From contig JADHWN010000002.1 in NCBI GenBank assembly GCA_016783455.1, positions 25,836 to 89,835 on the forward strand: 64,000 bases of DNA. The letters are read 5' to 3'. The position numbers and the translations under genes are program-made. Below the pieces are notes generated by a model. The model worked only from the letters and a program-made list of their open reading frames with translations, searched no databases and was not told where the DNA came from. Shown here one piece after another: positions 1-8,742 of this stretch; the stretch's first letter is position 1; the number at the start of each line of letters is the position of its first letter. This stretch comes from Candidatus Bathyarchaeota archaeon (lineage in GTDB: Archaea > Thermoproteota > Bathyarchaeia > TCS64).

Positions 1-147
1 CAGTCTCTCTCTCGTCACCTTCGCGTCGAACTCGGGGGGCATGAGGTTGCGGAGGGCTCTTTCCACCTTCTCCTCATCCTCGGTCGCGTAGGAGATGACC
101 GAGAGCTCTACGCTGTTGACGAAGCCAGTCCCCCTAATCCCGTCCAA
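1..147 (-). CDS. Partial (5' end) COG1325-type RNA-binding protein / predicted exosome-associated protein
   Basis: Manual translation from TTG at 147: LDGIRGTGFVNSVELSVISYATEDEEKVERALRNL...; the ATEDxEKV motif is typical of this archaeal family; runs off the window edge. Confidence 0.7.
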   Translation of the reverse strand, partial: MDGIRGTGFVNSVELSVISYATEDEEKVERALRNLMPPEFDAKVTRERL

Positions 148-246
148 GTCCGCTCAGCCTTCTAACGGTGTATGGGGCTTCATGGTCATAAATGTCTTGA
201 TAGTATGGACAAACCTAAATAGGCGGGGGATTTACGTGTTGTCCGA

Positions 247-341
247 GCGGCCGTGGCTCAGTCTGGATAGAGCGTGGGTCTTCGGATAGATTTCTAGGAG
301 AAAACCCATGGTCGCGGGTTCGAATCCTGCCGGCCGCGCCA
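247..341 (+). tRNA. tRNA-Arg(TCG) with a 17-nt intron (286-302) at canonical position 37/38
   Basis: Acceptor GCGGCCG/CGGCCGC + G + CCA; D-arm GCTC/GAGC; anticodon stem TGGGT/ACCCA, anticodon TCG at 282-284; T-loop GTTCGAATC; bulge-helix-bulge: helix CTTC(280-283)/GGAG(297-300) with bulges GGA and AAA. Confidence 0.95.
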
Positions 342-399
342 TCAAAACGGGCAACCGTAATATGTTCCCCGGTGTAATTCGTGGGTATACGGTGATCTT

Positions 400-984
400 A
401 TGGAGAAGAAGATAGTCTACTTTGAGAAGACGGGCCCCGAGAACACGGACAAGCTTCTCAAATTGGCGAAGGAGAGAGCCGACGAGCTCGGGATAGCTGA
501 CTTGGTCGTGGCTACGACGCATGGCGGGACGGCCCTGAAGGCATTGGAGGCCTTCGCGTCTCCGGAGCTCAACATAGTTGCGGTGACCATCTCAGAGGGA
601 TACAAGGACAGGGGATGGTGCATCACTGAGCAGGAGAGGCGGAGGCTTGAGGAGAAGGGCATCAAGGTGCTGACGGCCACACACACCCTGGGGGATGGGG
701 TCGCCTCGGCCTTCGCTGAGAAGTACGGGGGGAAACCGCTGGAGGAGGTTGTCAGGGACGCCTTCTACAGGTTCGGGCAAGGCATGAAGGTCTGCGTGGA
801 GACAGTGCTGATGGCAGCCGACGCCGGGATGATCTCCATGGACGGGGAGGTGATGGCCATCGGCGGGACAAGCTCCGGGGCGGACACCTGCATCGTGGTG
901 AAGCCGGCTTACTCCAGGAAGTTCTTCGATCTGGAGATAAGGGAGATTGTGGCAAAGCCGAGGGGCAATTTATCCGAAGCCTGA
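400..984 (+). CDS. Pyruvate kinase C-terminal-like domain protein (COG1751 type)
   Basis: YFEKTGPENT, VVATTHGGTA, FGQGMKVCVE..LMAADAG, AIGGTSSGADT motifs. Confidence 0.85.
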   Translation: MEKKIVYFEKTGPENTDKLLKLAKERADELGIADLVVATTHGGTALKALEAFASPELNIVAVTISEGYKDRGWCITEQERRRLEEKGIKVLTATHTLGDGVASAFAEKYGGKPLEEVVRDAFYRFGQGMKVCVETVLMAADAGMISMDGEVMAIGGTSSGADTCIVVKPAYSRKFFDLEIREIVAKPRGNLSEA

Positions 985-991
985 TGGATGC

Positions 992-2218
992 CTACTTGAG
1001 CTGACTCTTGGCTATAATCGGGCTGAGAAGCGCCGCAAAGAGGACCGTGCCCAGGACTATGGGGAAGCAGAGGTCTGGGTAGATGCCCGGGTTCAGTATG
1101 AACTCCCTCGCCGGGTCGTAGATCTGGGGGATCTGGGACATCACCAGCGTCGAGGTCCCGAGGGTGAAGACGAGCCTTGAGATCACCCTCTCCTCGCGCG
1201 TGAACCTCATCAGTCTCCCTGTCAGGGAGGCGACGATGTACCTGATGACGAGGAGGAGGGCCACAACGGCGAACCCGACCGTGAGGTACTGGTAGGAGAT
1301 GCTGACGATGAGGCCGATGTAGACGAAGTAGTAAGACTTGAGGAGGAACGCGATCTCCTCGTTGAACTCCATGATCTTACCGTAGTCGGGCTTCAGGTTC
1401 CTGTTCATCCCCAGCCACTTCGCGACGTTGTTGTAGTTGGCGAGGACGAGGCCGAAGATGAACGAAGCCATGGTCCCACCGCCGTTCCCCGCCATCTCCC
1501 CGACGATGTACGTGGGGAAGAGCACGGCCATGGTCATCATGTAGTTGAGGGGGCGCCCCCTGAGCCTGTCCAGCACCTCCGACCAGAGGAGGCTGAATAC
1601 GAGGCCAACGAGTATCCCGACGACGAAGGTGAAGACGATGTCCTTGGCGCTGCTCTGAAGGGAGAACCCTGGGGTCATCAGCATCCGGATGAGGGTGATG
1701 GCCGCGACGACCCTGATGGGGTCGCAGAGGGTGGACTCCAGTGTGAGGATGGCCCTGGTGCTCTCAAGGTTGGGGATGAGCTTCTGGAGGCCGTCCAGGA
1801 GGCTGGTGACCGCCATGGTGCTTATTCCCGCCACCATGGTCCCCAGGAGCATGCCTTCTAGCAGACTGAAGGTTTCGGGCATGGCGAAGTGCACGGCGAA
1901 GCCCACTGTTAGCATGACGGTGAAGAAGGTCAGTATGGTCAGTGTGAAGGACTTGAAGAGGGCCTTCCTGAAGGTCTTAACGTCGAGGCTGATCCCCGAC
2001 TCGAAGGTGATGATGCAGATGGCCACCACGCTCATCAGGGGGGAGATGGCGACGAATGTGTCCTTCTGGAATATGCCCAGCACCGGCCCCAGCAGGACCC
2101 CGAATCCCAGGAGGATCAGGATGTCGGGTATCCTCGTCTTCGTGTAGATGAGGCCGCTGACATAGCACAGGAAGAGGGTGGCTGATATAAGCAGCAGGAA
2201 CTCCTCGGCGCCGATCAA
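992..2218 (-). CDS. Cation:proton antiporter (NhaP/CPA1-like)
   Basis: About 12 hydrophobic segments; IPDILILLGFGVLLGP and LTLESTLCD motifs. Confidence 0.85.
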   Translation of the reverse strand: MIGAEEFLLLISATLFLCYVSGLIYTKTRIPDILILLGFGVLLGPVLGIFQKDTFVAISPLMSVVAICIITFESGISLDVKTFRKALFKSFTLTILTFFTVMLTVGFAVHFAMPETFSLLEGMLLGTMVAGISTMAVTSLLDGLQKLIPNLESTRAILTLESTLCDPIRVVAAITLIRMLMTPGFSLQSSAKDIVFTFVVGILVGLVFSLLWSEVLDRLRGRPLNYMMTMAVLFPTYIVGEMAGNGGGTMASFIFGLVLANYNNVAKWLGMNRNLKPDYGKIMEFNEEIAFLLKSYYFVYIGLIVSISYQYLTVGFAVVALLLVIRYIVASLTGRLMRFTREERVISRLVFTLGTSTLVMSQIPQIYDPAREFILNPGIYPDLCFPIVLGTVLFAALLSPIIAKSQLK

Positions 2219-2349
2219 CTCAGATTCTCCATTATTACTATATTCCTTGAATTACGTTCGACGGCTTCCCCGAAATAGTAAGAGACCAGTACCTCCACCC
2301 CATATTTATTCATTTACGGGTGCGGCTCAACGCGGGGAGGCTATGCACA

Positions 2350-3453
2350 CTAGAGCTGGTTACCCTTTCGGCCCATCGTTATGAAGTACAGGGCGAACGC
2401 TCCCACTGCGGCGGCGCCTAGGACGTAATAGATTATCTTCATCCAGTCTGTGCCCGCCTCCACGTCGAGGGTCACCTCGACCACGGTGACGTACACGTCG
2501 CTCTCTATGTACCTCTCCCTGGACGCCCGGCTGTCGCCTATGTATGCCTGCTCCGAGACGTCCAGCGCCCTCACTATGTAGCTATCGTACTCGGGGGCCG
2601 CGTCGAGGATGTCCATGGGGTCCTGGCCTGATGCTAGGGTCAGGTCTACGGGTATCCAGCCCCAGGGGGGGATGTAGACCATCGTCCAGGCGTGCCAGCC
2701 CATCCCCTCGGTGTGGATCATGAGGTGTCCGTCCCAGGAGGGGTTGTCGCTACCGATCCTGTCGTTGAAGACCACGCCGACTTGGAGGAAGGCTGGGATG
2801 CCCAGGCTGCGGAGCATGGAGATGAGGAGGATGCTCTGGTCGTCGCAGTCCCCCTGCCCGCTCTCCAACGTATCGTTGGGGTAGTTGGGGAACTCGAAGT
2901 TGCAGTAGGTCAGACTGCTGTACGTCCAGTCTACCAGGTTTGTGAGCATCCCCAGGGCGGTCGTCTCATCCGAGGTGAGCTCCTGGGCCAGCTCCTCTAT
3001 CTCATCGTTCCAGAAGAAGCTCTCAGACTGGACGCAGTACTCCTCGACGAGCTGTGAGGGAATCTCCGAGGGTCCTTCTGCCTCCGTGAGCTTGATGGAG
3101 GGCCTGTCTCTGCTTGAGGAGGTGATGTCGTACTCGATGGAGAATGTGATAGCGGTCCCCCCTGGGAGCACCGCTGGAATGTCGGGGAGCGCCAAGTCGT
3201 TGCCGTCCTCGTCGGTGTACTCCCTGACGATGCCGTGGCTGGAGTTCCTGAGTGTCGCCTTCTGCCACTCGTCATCGGGGAATATTACAATCGCCAGGTC
3301 CTCATCCATCAGCGTAAAGGGCTCTTCACCTCGATTCTCGAAGGTATAGGTCGTCCTGAAGACGTATCTCTGGCTCTTAGTGGCCTGAGCGAGGGGAACG
3401 GTGGAGGCCACTAGGATGATCAGGATCAGGGCGGCGGCGTTCCTGGGCTTCAA
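2350..3453 (-). CDS. Secreted, membrane-anchored transglutaminase-like protein
   Basis: Signal peptide, GDCDD / WHAW / WIPVD catalytic triad motifs, C-terminal TM helix. Confidence 0.85.
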   Translation of the reverse strand: MKPRNAAALILIILVASTVPLAQATKSQRYVFRTTYTFENRGEEPFTLMDEDLAIVIFPDDEWQKATLRNSSHGIVREYTDEDGNDLALPDIPAVLPGGTAITFSIEYDITSSSRDRPSIKLTEAEGPSEIPSQLVEEYCVQSESFFWNDEIEELAQELTSDETTALGMLTNLVDWTYSSLTYCNFEFPNYPNDTLESGQGDCDDQSILLISMLRSLGIPAFLQVGVVFNDRIGSDNPSWDGHLMIHTEGMGWHAWTMVYIPPWGWIPVDLTLASGQDPMDILDAAPEYDSYIVRALDVSEQAYIGDSRASRERYIESDVYVTVVEVTLDVEAGTDWMKIIYYVLGAAAVGAFALYFITMGRKGNQL

Positions 3454-3506
3454 CGTCGGGACTCCTAGGAAAGGGGATAGGGGCGCTTATTTATCTTGTT
3501 CAGCGC

Positions 3507-4853
3507 CTACTCGGTGTGCACCCTGAACAGGTCGATGTCCCCCTGGAGCAGGCTCAGGAAGTTCCTGACCGAGCGCTCGATGTCCTTGGACTGGGTGATG
3601 TATCTCCCCACGATGAGGACGTCCGCCCCTGCGTCGAGGGCTATCTGGGCCGTGTTGGGCCTGATGCCCCCGGCGACGGCGACCAGGACCCTCCTCTCCG
3701 GGAACGCCTCCTTAATCTTGGGTATGTCCCCCCAGCTGATCTCCACCCCGCTCTTCTCGACGTCTATGGCGCGGTGGAGGATGACCCCGTCCGGAGGCCT
3801 CTGGAGCACCTTGAGCTTCGCCACGGGGTCCTCGACCTGCATCATGTCCACGAAACTGTAGATCCCCATCCTCCTGCACTCGTAGATGAAGTCGTCGATG
3901 GTGGCCGACGAGGCCGCGCCGGCGCAGCAGACGGCGTCGGCGGTCTGCTCGAAGGCCATGTCGACCTCTACCTTCCCGACGTCCATGGTCTTCAGGTCGG
4001 CGATGATGAAGCTGTCCTTCCGGGCCTCCCTGATCCTCTTGATGACCTCCACACCGTAGCGTTTCAGGAGGGGGGTCCCGGCCTCGAGGAGGACGTTATC
4101 GTTCTTCGGGACGCTCTTGACGACCCCCAGGATGCTGTCGATGTTGGGGTTGTCCAGGGCGATCTGGAGGTAGGGCGGCCTCCACAGCCTCGGGGGCCTG
4201 AAGCCCATGAGGGGGTGGCGGGCCCGGTCCTTTTCGTACATTATCTTGTCTAAGGAGGGGTATGACTCCAGTGCCCTGCTGATGGAGAGCTTGGTGGCGC
4301 TGTAGTTGTACTGGTAGATCCTGCGTTCGTCCTCGGCCTTGGGGTGGATGAAGACGCTGACGACGACGACCCAGTCGTCCACGACCTCCCGGGGGATGAT
4401 GCCGTCCTCCACGGCGTCGGCGACTGCCTTGGCCACGGCGGACTGGGCGGGGCCGAAGATCTTCCCGGCGTCCTCCATGTTCTTGATAGTGACCTTGGGG
4501 ACGATGACCGTATGGGGCTTTGGGGGAAGGTTGGGCCTGATGACCGCCAGTAGCGGTGTGTGCCCCATGGAGAGCTGGCTGAGCGACTGGGCGAACGCGG
4601 TGCCCACGGGCCCCGACTTGTCGCCTATCATGAGGTCTATGTGGGCGATCTCGTCTCCCTCGCCGACGAGGGCTTCTCCGATGAGGAATGTGCCCCCGGG
4701 TGAGGAGGCTGAGACGTTGAACCTGTTGATGGCCCCTCGGAGGGCCTCGCTTATTGAGGCGTACCTTCCCTGCTCCACGAGCTCCTCCAGGAACTTGTAC
4801 TGCTCCTGCGTGATCCTTCCAGGTGCCCTGACCAGGCCCTTATCTTCGCTCAT
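3507..4853 (-). CDS. fae-hps: Bifunctional formaldehyde-activating enzyme / 3-hexulose-6-phosphate synthase with an extra N-terminal ribbon-helix-helix domain
   Basis: Fae motifs GEALVGEG..AHIDL, GHTPLLAV.RPNL, PKVT; Hps motifs LQIALD, EAGTPL, ADLKTMD, AVAGGI, IVGR; N-terminal LEELVEQGRYASISEALRGAI. Confidence 0.92.
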   Translation of the reverse strand: MSEDKGLVRAPGRITQEQYKFLEELVEQGRYASISEALRGAINRFNVSASSPGGTFLIGEALVGEGDEIAHIDLMIGDKSGPVGTAFAQSLSQLSMGHTPLLAVIRPNLPPKPHTVIVPKVTIKNMEDAGKIFGPAQSAVAKAVADAVEDGIIPREVVDDWVVVVSVFIHPKAEDERRIYQYNYSATKLSISRALESYPSLDKIMYEKDRARHPLMGFRPPRLWRPPYLQIALDNPNIDSILGVVKSVPKNDNVLLEAGTPLLKRYGVEVIKRIREARKDSFIIADLKTMDVGKVEVDMAFEQTADAVCCAGAASSATIDDFIYECRRMGIYSFVDMMQVEDPVAKLKVLQRPPDGVILHRAIDVEKSGVEISWGDIPKIKEAFPERRVLVAVAGGIRPNTAQIALDAGADVLIVGRYITQSKDIERSVRNFLSLLQGDIDLFRVHTE

Positions 4854-4971
4854 GCCGAATCGGGCAATAAAGGATTCGAAGGAGTATATAACCGTTACGA
4901 GATGCTGTGACCTCTAGGTGACACAATAATGATAAATGAATATAATTTTTATCCTTATTTTCTCATTTGTG

Positions 4972-5400
4972 TCACAGGGAGGCCTCAATGATTAGTGAAA
5001 TCTGGCATTTCTCCTTCCGGAGAAGCTCGATCATGAAGTTATCGATGTCGCAGGCTGCCTTATCGGCCCTTATCATGAGGGTCCTGTCGCAGATGTAGCC
5101 GCTCTTGCGTATGACCATGTCTGAGGGGTGGCTCAGGGTCAGCCTTGGGTCCCCGAATCCCTCGACTGTGAATGTCTTCCCCTCTGTTTCAATGATGAGC
5201 CTGACCGTTGAGCCCTCACGCCTGATCGCCTCTTTGATCCGCGGGTCCAGATCCCTGAGACCTTTCTCGGCACTGACTGCTATTATGCAGTCTCCCTTGG
5301 TTGACAGGTGGTCATCAGTGGTCGTCATGAGGGTGGTCCTGTGGGTCGACCTGACGTTGGGGTGGCCCCGTGCCTTGAACGTCTCTCGAAGAGGCATCAT
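4972..5400 (-). CDS. DUF371 family protein
   Basis: ARGHPNVRSTHRTT, GDCII, DMVIRKS..ICDRTL..ADKAA motifs. Confidence 0.88.
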   Translation of the reverse strand: MMPLRETFKARGHPNVRSTHRTTLMTTTDDHLSTKGDCIIAVSAEKGLRDLDPRIKEAIRREGSTVRLIIETEGKTFTVEGFGDPRLTLSHPSDMVIRKSGYICDRTLMIRADKAACDIDNFMIELLRKEKCQISLIIEASL

Positions 5401-5537
5401 GCGTTAGGCGTCGGATTCCGTTTTTAGGGTTTTTGATGAAGCTCGCGCGCGCGAGTTAGCAAGCTCCGAGGTGGGGAGATATACAGGTGCACTCGCGAAC
5501 CATTGTGCATCGTCAAGCGCTCAAACACCTTCATATT

Positions 5538-7088
5538 TTATTCGATGTTTCTGAGCTTCCTCGCCTCGAGGTAGAGGAATACAATCCCAACGAACCAGAT
5601 CAGCGGGACATATAATCCCCAGTTGGATCCCGAAATAATCAATATTACAAACCCGAGCTGAGGAACTATCATCACGTTTACCATGAAATTTCCCGACTTC
5701 GCCGTGAAGGCCGGATTCAGGAGGGAGAGGCCGAGAGCGAGAACCACGTTCGCTGCGACGATTAGAACTATTATTCCGATGTTGGTCAGCACAGAAATGA
5801 GGGTGGCGCTTGGGATTAAGATTGTTCTAACAGCTGTAATCGTCACCGTGATTGGGACAAGCACGAGCAGACCATGCAACAACCTCGCCTTGACAAGCCT
5901 TCCCACACCAGACGGCGCTTTCCTATATATGAAGAGGCCCTCCTTCCCTCGGAGCGTCACCTCGCCGACCACGAACACCGCAAGAACAGAGAATATCAAT
6001 GGGGCCACTTCTAACACCATATATTGAGGATGCTCAGGATCGCCTAGGAAAATATTCATTAGAATAAGGAGACCCACGACATAAGCGATCTTCGAAATGT
6101 TTTCAAGCCTTCGACCATAGTTCTTGAAGACAGATACCAGGAGAGTGCCGAAAGACCCGCCGCCCCCCAGATATCTAATGATTTTATAGAAGGCTCCGTC
6201 GGGCATAGCTCTTGAAGCTATGAAGGTGGTGGGTTCGAGACTGTAGGCGCGATTTGCAGCCTTCAATCCAAGCCACAACGACGCTACAAAAAAGACTACG
6301 AGGCCACCGAACCGGGTCAGCGTCTCAAGACCAACGGCGCTGATATTTCCTAGATTAGATGCGAAGCCAACAATAACTTCCGCTCCCCAAGAGCTGGGTA
6401 ACCAGCCCAGAACGGCTTGGACCATCCCACTCGTCCCGGGATTGGCGAGGGTTTCGAGCAAGCTTCCACCCATCATCGAGTACATCAACGCGATCATGGG
6501 TAAGGCCATGACTAATGCGAGGGCTTTGCCAATATCGCGTCCACGAGCGGTCTTTCCAAGCCTTGTTCTCAGGAGGGCAGCGATCACTGTGCCAATCCAT
6601 TGGGCGGAAAAGAACGTGACGGCGAAGATTATGATGATGACCGCCATCTGAACCACGTCCAGCCCCAATGGAGCTAGGATGGCCGTGAATAGGCCTGCGA
6701 TCACCGTGACTGCGATGGCGTAGAAGGGCATCTGACCTAGAAACTCACCTAATAAGACATCGCTGGGCTTTATGGGGGCCGCTAGGAAGAGCTCCAGCAG
6801 CTCGGTCTGTGTATCCTTCAGCGTATTGGTGATTGGAAATATTGTGAAGTAGACGAAGATCATAAACAGTATTATCTGGACCATGGCTATGGCGACCTGG
6901 GATAGGAAGAAGACGAGGAGGTCGTCGATGAACAGGCCGATAACTGCTGGTGCGATGAACAGCACGTAAACCGCTAGAAGCCCGATGGCCAGATAGGGAA
7001 AGTAGGGCCTTATCCCACGTATTCTACTGGTGTAAACACGATATTCATTCTTGGCAACTACGAGCCACTTAGGAGCTGGCAATTCCAT
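5538..7088 (-). CDS. ABC exporter permease (ABC-2-like)
   Basis: Many TM segments; overlaps the 3' end of the ABC ATPase gene. Confidence 0.75.
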   Translation of the reverse strand: MELPAPKWLVVAKNEYRVYTSRIRGIRPYFPYLAIGLLAVYVLFIAPAVIGLFIDDLLVFFLSQVAIAMVQIILFMIFVYFTIFPITNTLKDTQTELLELFLAAPIKPSDVLLGEFLGQMPFYAIAVTVIAGLFTAILAPLGLDVVQMAVIIIIFAVTFFSAQWIGTVIAALLRTRLGKTARGRDIGKALALVMALPMIALMYSMMGGSLLETLANPGTSGMVQAVLGWLPSSWGAEVIVGFASNLGNISAVGLETLTRFGGLVVFFVASLWLGLKAANRAYSLEPTTFIASRAMPDGAFYKIIRYLGGGGSFGTLLVSVFKNYGRRLENISKIAYVVGLLILMNIFLGDPEHPQYMVLEVAPLIFSVLAVFVVGEVTLRGKEGLFIYRKAPSGVGRLVKARLLHGLLVLVPITVTITAVRTILIPSATLISVLTNIGIIVLIVAANVVLALGLSLLNPAFTAKSGNFMVNVMIVPQLGFVILIISGSNWGLYVPLIWFVGIVFLYLEARKLRNIE

Positions 7089-7863
7089 TCTCTCTCCATG
7101 CCAGGAGCTCGTTCTCGATCACGCCCCCTGTGAGCGCGATGAACGCGTCCTCTAGGGATTGCGTACCCGTCTGGGCCATGATCTCCTTCACCGTCCCGAC
7201 CGCAATGAGCCTCCCGTTGTTGATGATACCAATCCTGTCACAGAGCTCTTCCACGACCGGTAGAAGATGGCTGCACATGAAGATGGTCTTCCCCGCCGTG
7301 TCAGCAAGCTCCTCGATGAGCTCCTTTACCATGTGGGAAGCCCTTGGATCTAGGGTTGATGTAGGCTCGTCCAGGAATAGAATTGGTGGATCGTGGATAA
7401 GGGCGGCGGCGATGAGGAGCTTTTGCTTCATCCCGCTACTATAGCCCTCTATCAGATGGTCCCGCCTATCGTGTAAGCCAAAGAGCTTCAACAATTCATC
7501 TATTCTCTCCTTGAGGATTTCTTCAGGGACGTCATAGAGAGCCCCCATAAACTCGAGGAACTCGTAGCCACTAAGCTTGTCATAGAGTCCAGGGGATTCG
7601 GCAAGGAGACCTGTGATCCGCTTAACTTCATTCTCTTGTATGAAAATATCAAATCCGTTTACCGTGGCGATACCTCCAGTAGGCTTAATGATACCGTTCA
7701 GTAAGCGGACAGTCGTGGTCTTCCCCGAACCATTCGGGCCTAGGAGGCCGAAGGTCTCCCCCTCGTAGACCTCAAGGTCAAGACCGTCCACGGCCCTGAT
7801 CTCACCGCCCTTGCCATAGTACTTGGACAAACCCTCGCTCTTAATCACAGCTTTCACAGTCAA
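7069..7863 (-). CDS. ABC transporter ATP-binding protein
   Basis: Walker A GPNGSGKTT, signature YSSGMKQK, Walker B LFLDEP, H-loop SH. Confidence 0.95.
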   Translation of the reverse strand: MTVKAVIKSEGLSKYYGKGGEIRAVDGLDLEVYEGETFGLLGPNGSGKTTTVRLLNGIIKPTGGIATVNGFDIFIQENEVKRITGLLAESPGLYDKLSGYEFLEFMGALYDVPEEILKERIDELLKLFGLHDRRDHLIEGYSSGMKQKLLIAAALIHDPPILFLDEPTSTLDPRASHMVKELIEELADTAGKTIFMCSHLLPVVEELCDRIGIINNGRLIAVGTVKEIMAQTGTQSLEDAFIALTGGVIENELLAWRENGIASS

Positions 7864-7889
7864 TCACCTCTCAAACTTTTAATCGGAAC

Positions 7890-8066
7890 TCAGAAACCGC
7901 CCTGGGTAAATTTCCAGACGATATACCCCCCAACTATTACGGCTCCGATGATCAAGCCTATGATGGTGCCCTTCCTGCTCTGCTTCACCTGGGGCTTCAT
8001 AACGGATAAGCATAGGATCCCAACGAGAGGAAAGAGCATCCAGAGTAAACTATCGATCTTCATCAT
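7890..8066 (-). CDS. Small two-TM membrane protein (58 aa, not in the ORF track)
   Basis: MMKIDSLLWMLFPLVGILCLSVMKPQVKQSRKGTIIGLIIGAVIVGGYIVWKFTQGGF; its start directly follows the stop of the upstream gene. Confidence 0.65.
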   Translation of the reverse strand: MMKIDSLLWMLFPLVGILCLSVMKPQVKQSRKGTIIGLIIGAVIVGGYIVWKFTQGGF

Positions 8067-8312
8067 TCATACCTCTGTTCGCGCGCGCAGCTTCTGCCAC
8101 AGCTCTTCTTTGCTTATGTCGATTCTCATTACGCCATTGGCTCCCTTGAACTGTATCAACGCATTTTCTATCATCTCGATCTCGGAAAACTCGCCGAGGA
8201 ATCCTTCAATCACAATCTGTTCGTGTGGCTTGTTTGAAATTGAGACGTTTGTTAGTTGCTTTTTTGATTCAATCTCCACAGAGAAGAATCCTTTTTTCTT
8301 TGATCGCTCCAT
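8067..8312 (-). CDS. Small hypothetical protein (81 aa), first gene of the ABC operon
   Basis: Intact ORF; a degraded paralogue lies at 10568-10710. Confidence 0.7.
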   Translation of the reverse strand: MERSKKKGFFSVEIESKKQLTNVSISNKPHEQIVIEGFLGEFSEIEMIENALIQFKGANGVMRIDISKEELWQKLRARTEV

Positions 8313-8425
8313 TTTTCAATCGAGGAATAAAGCTAAGCTAGTCTGTATTAGTTCTCCTCATAACGAACTCGAAAAAACTTTAATCAACTGAAAAAATTTT
8401 GGATCGATTGAAGCTATTCAACAGT

Positions 8426-8640
8426 ATGGAAAATGTCTGCAGCCTCTTCTTAGAGCTAATAAGGACCGCCTGAGTATGATGTTTGAACTGGAAAAGGATA
8501 CGTTCAAGCTCACCCATGTCTCAAGGAAGCTTGACTTAAATTCATCGGAGTCTCATCGCCAGCTACCGAGGCTGAGTGAGATGAAACTGGTCGTGAAAGA
8601 CGTTGAAGGTTCTTCAGCCTCACACATTCGGAGAACAAAC
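8426..8640 (+). pseudogene. Frameshifted, truncated copy of the wHTH regulator at 10818-11630
   Basis: Closely similar to 10818-11036 (MENVC..., KLTHVS.KLDL.SSE.HRQL.RLSE) but with indels and no C-terminal domain. Confidence 0.85.
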
Positions 8641-8742
8641 ACGCGCAGTGCATTCGCTAGCCCGTTGCTCAATTACATATTTTGCTCGATACTCTGCGCG
8701 CGTATTAGCTAGAGGAAAAAGATGAGTGGGTAGGTTGTCTCG

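Noticed and set aside
247-341. tRNA-Arg as an integration site
   Set aside because: No duplicate of its 3' end was noticed, and housekeeping genes flank it
95-522. ORFs 95-289 and 232-522
   Set aside because: They overlap the tRNA-Arg gene and neighbouring real genes
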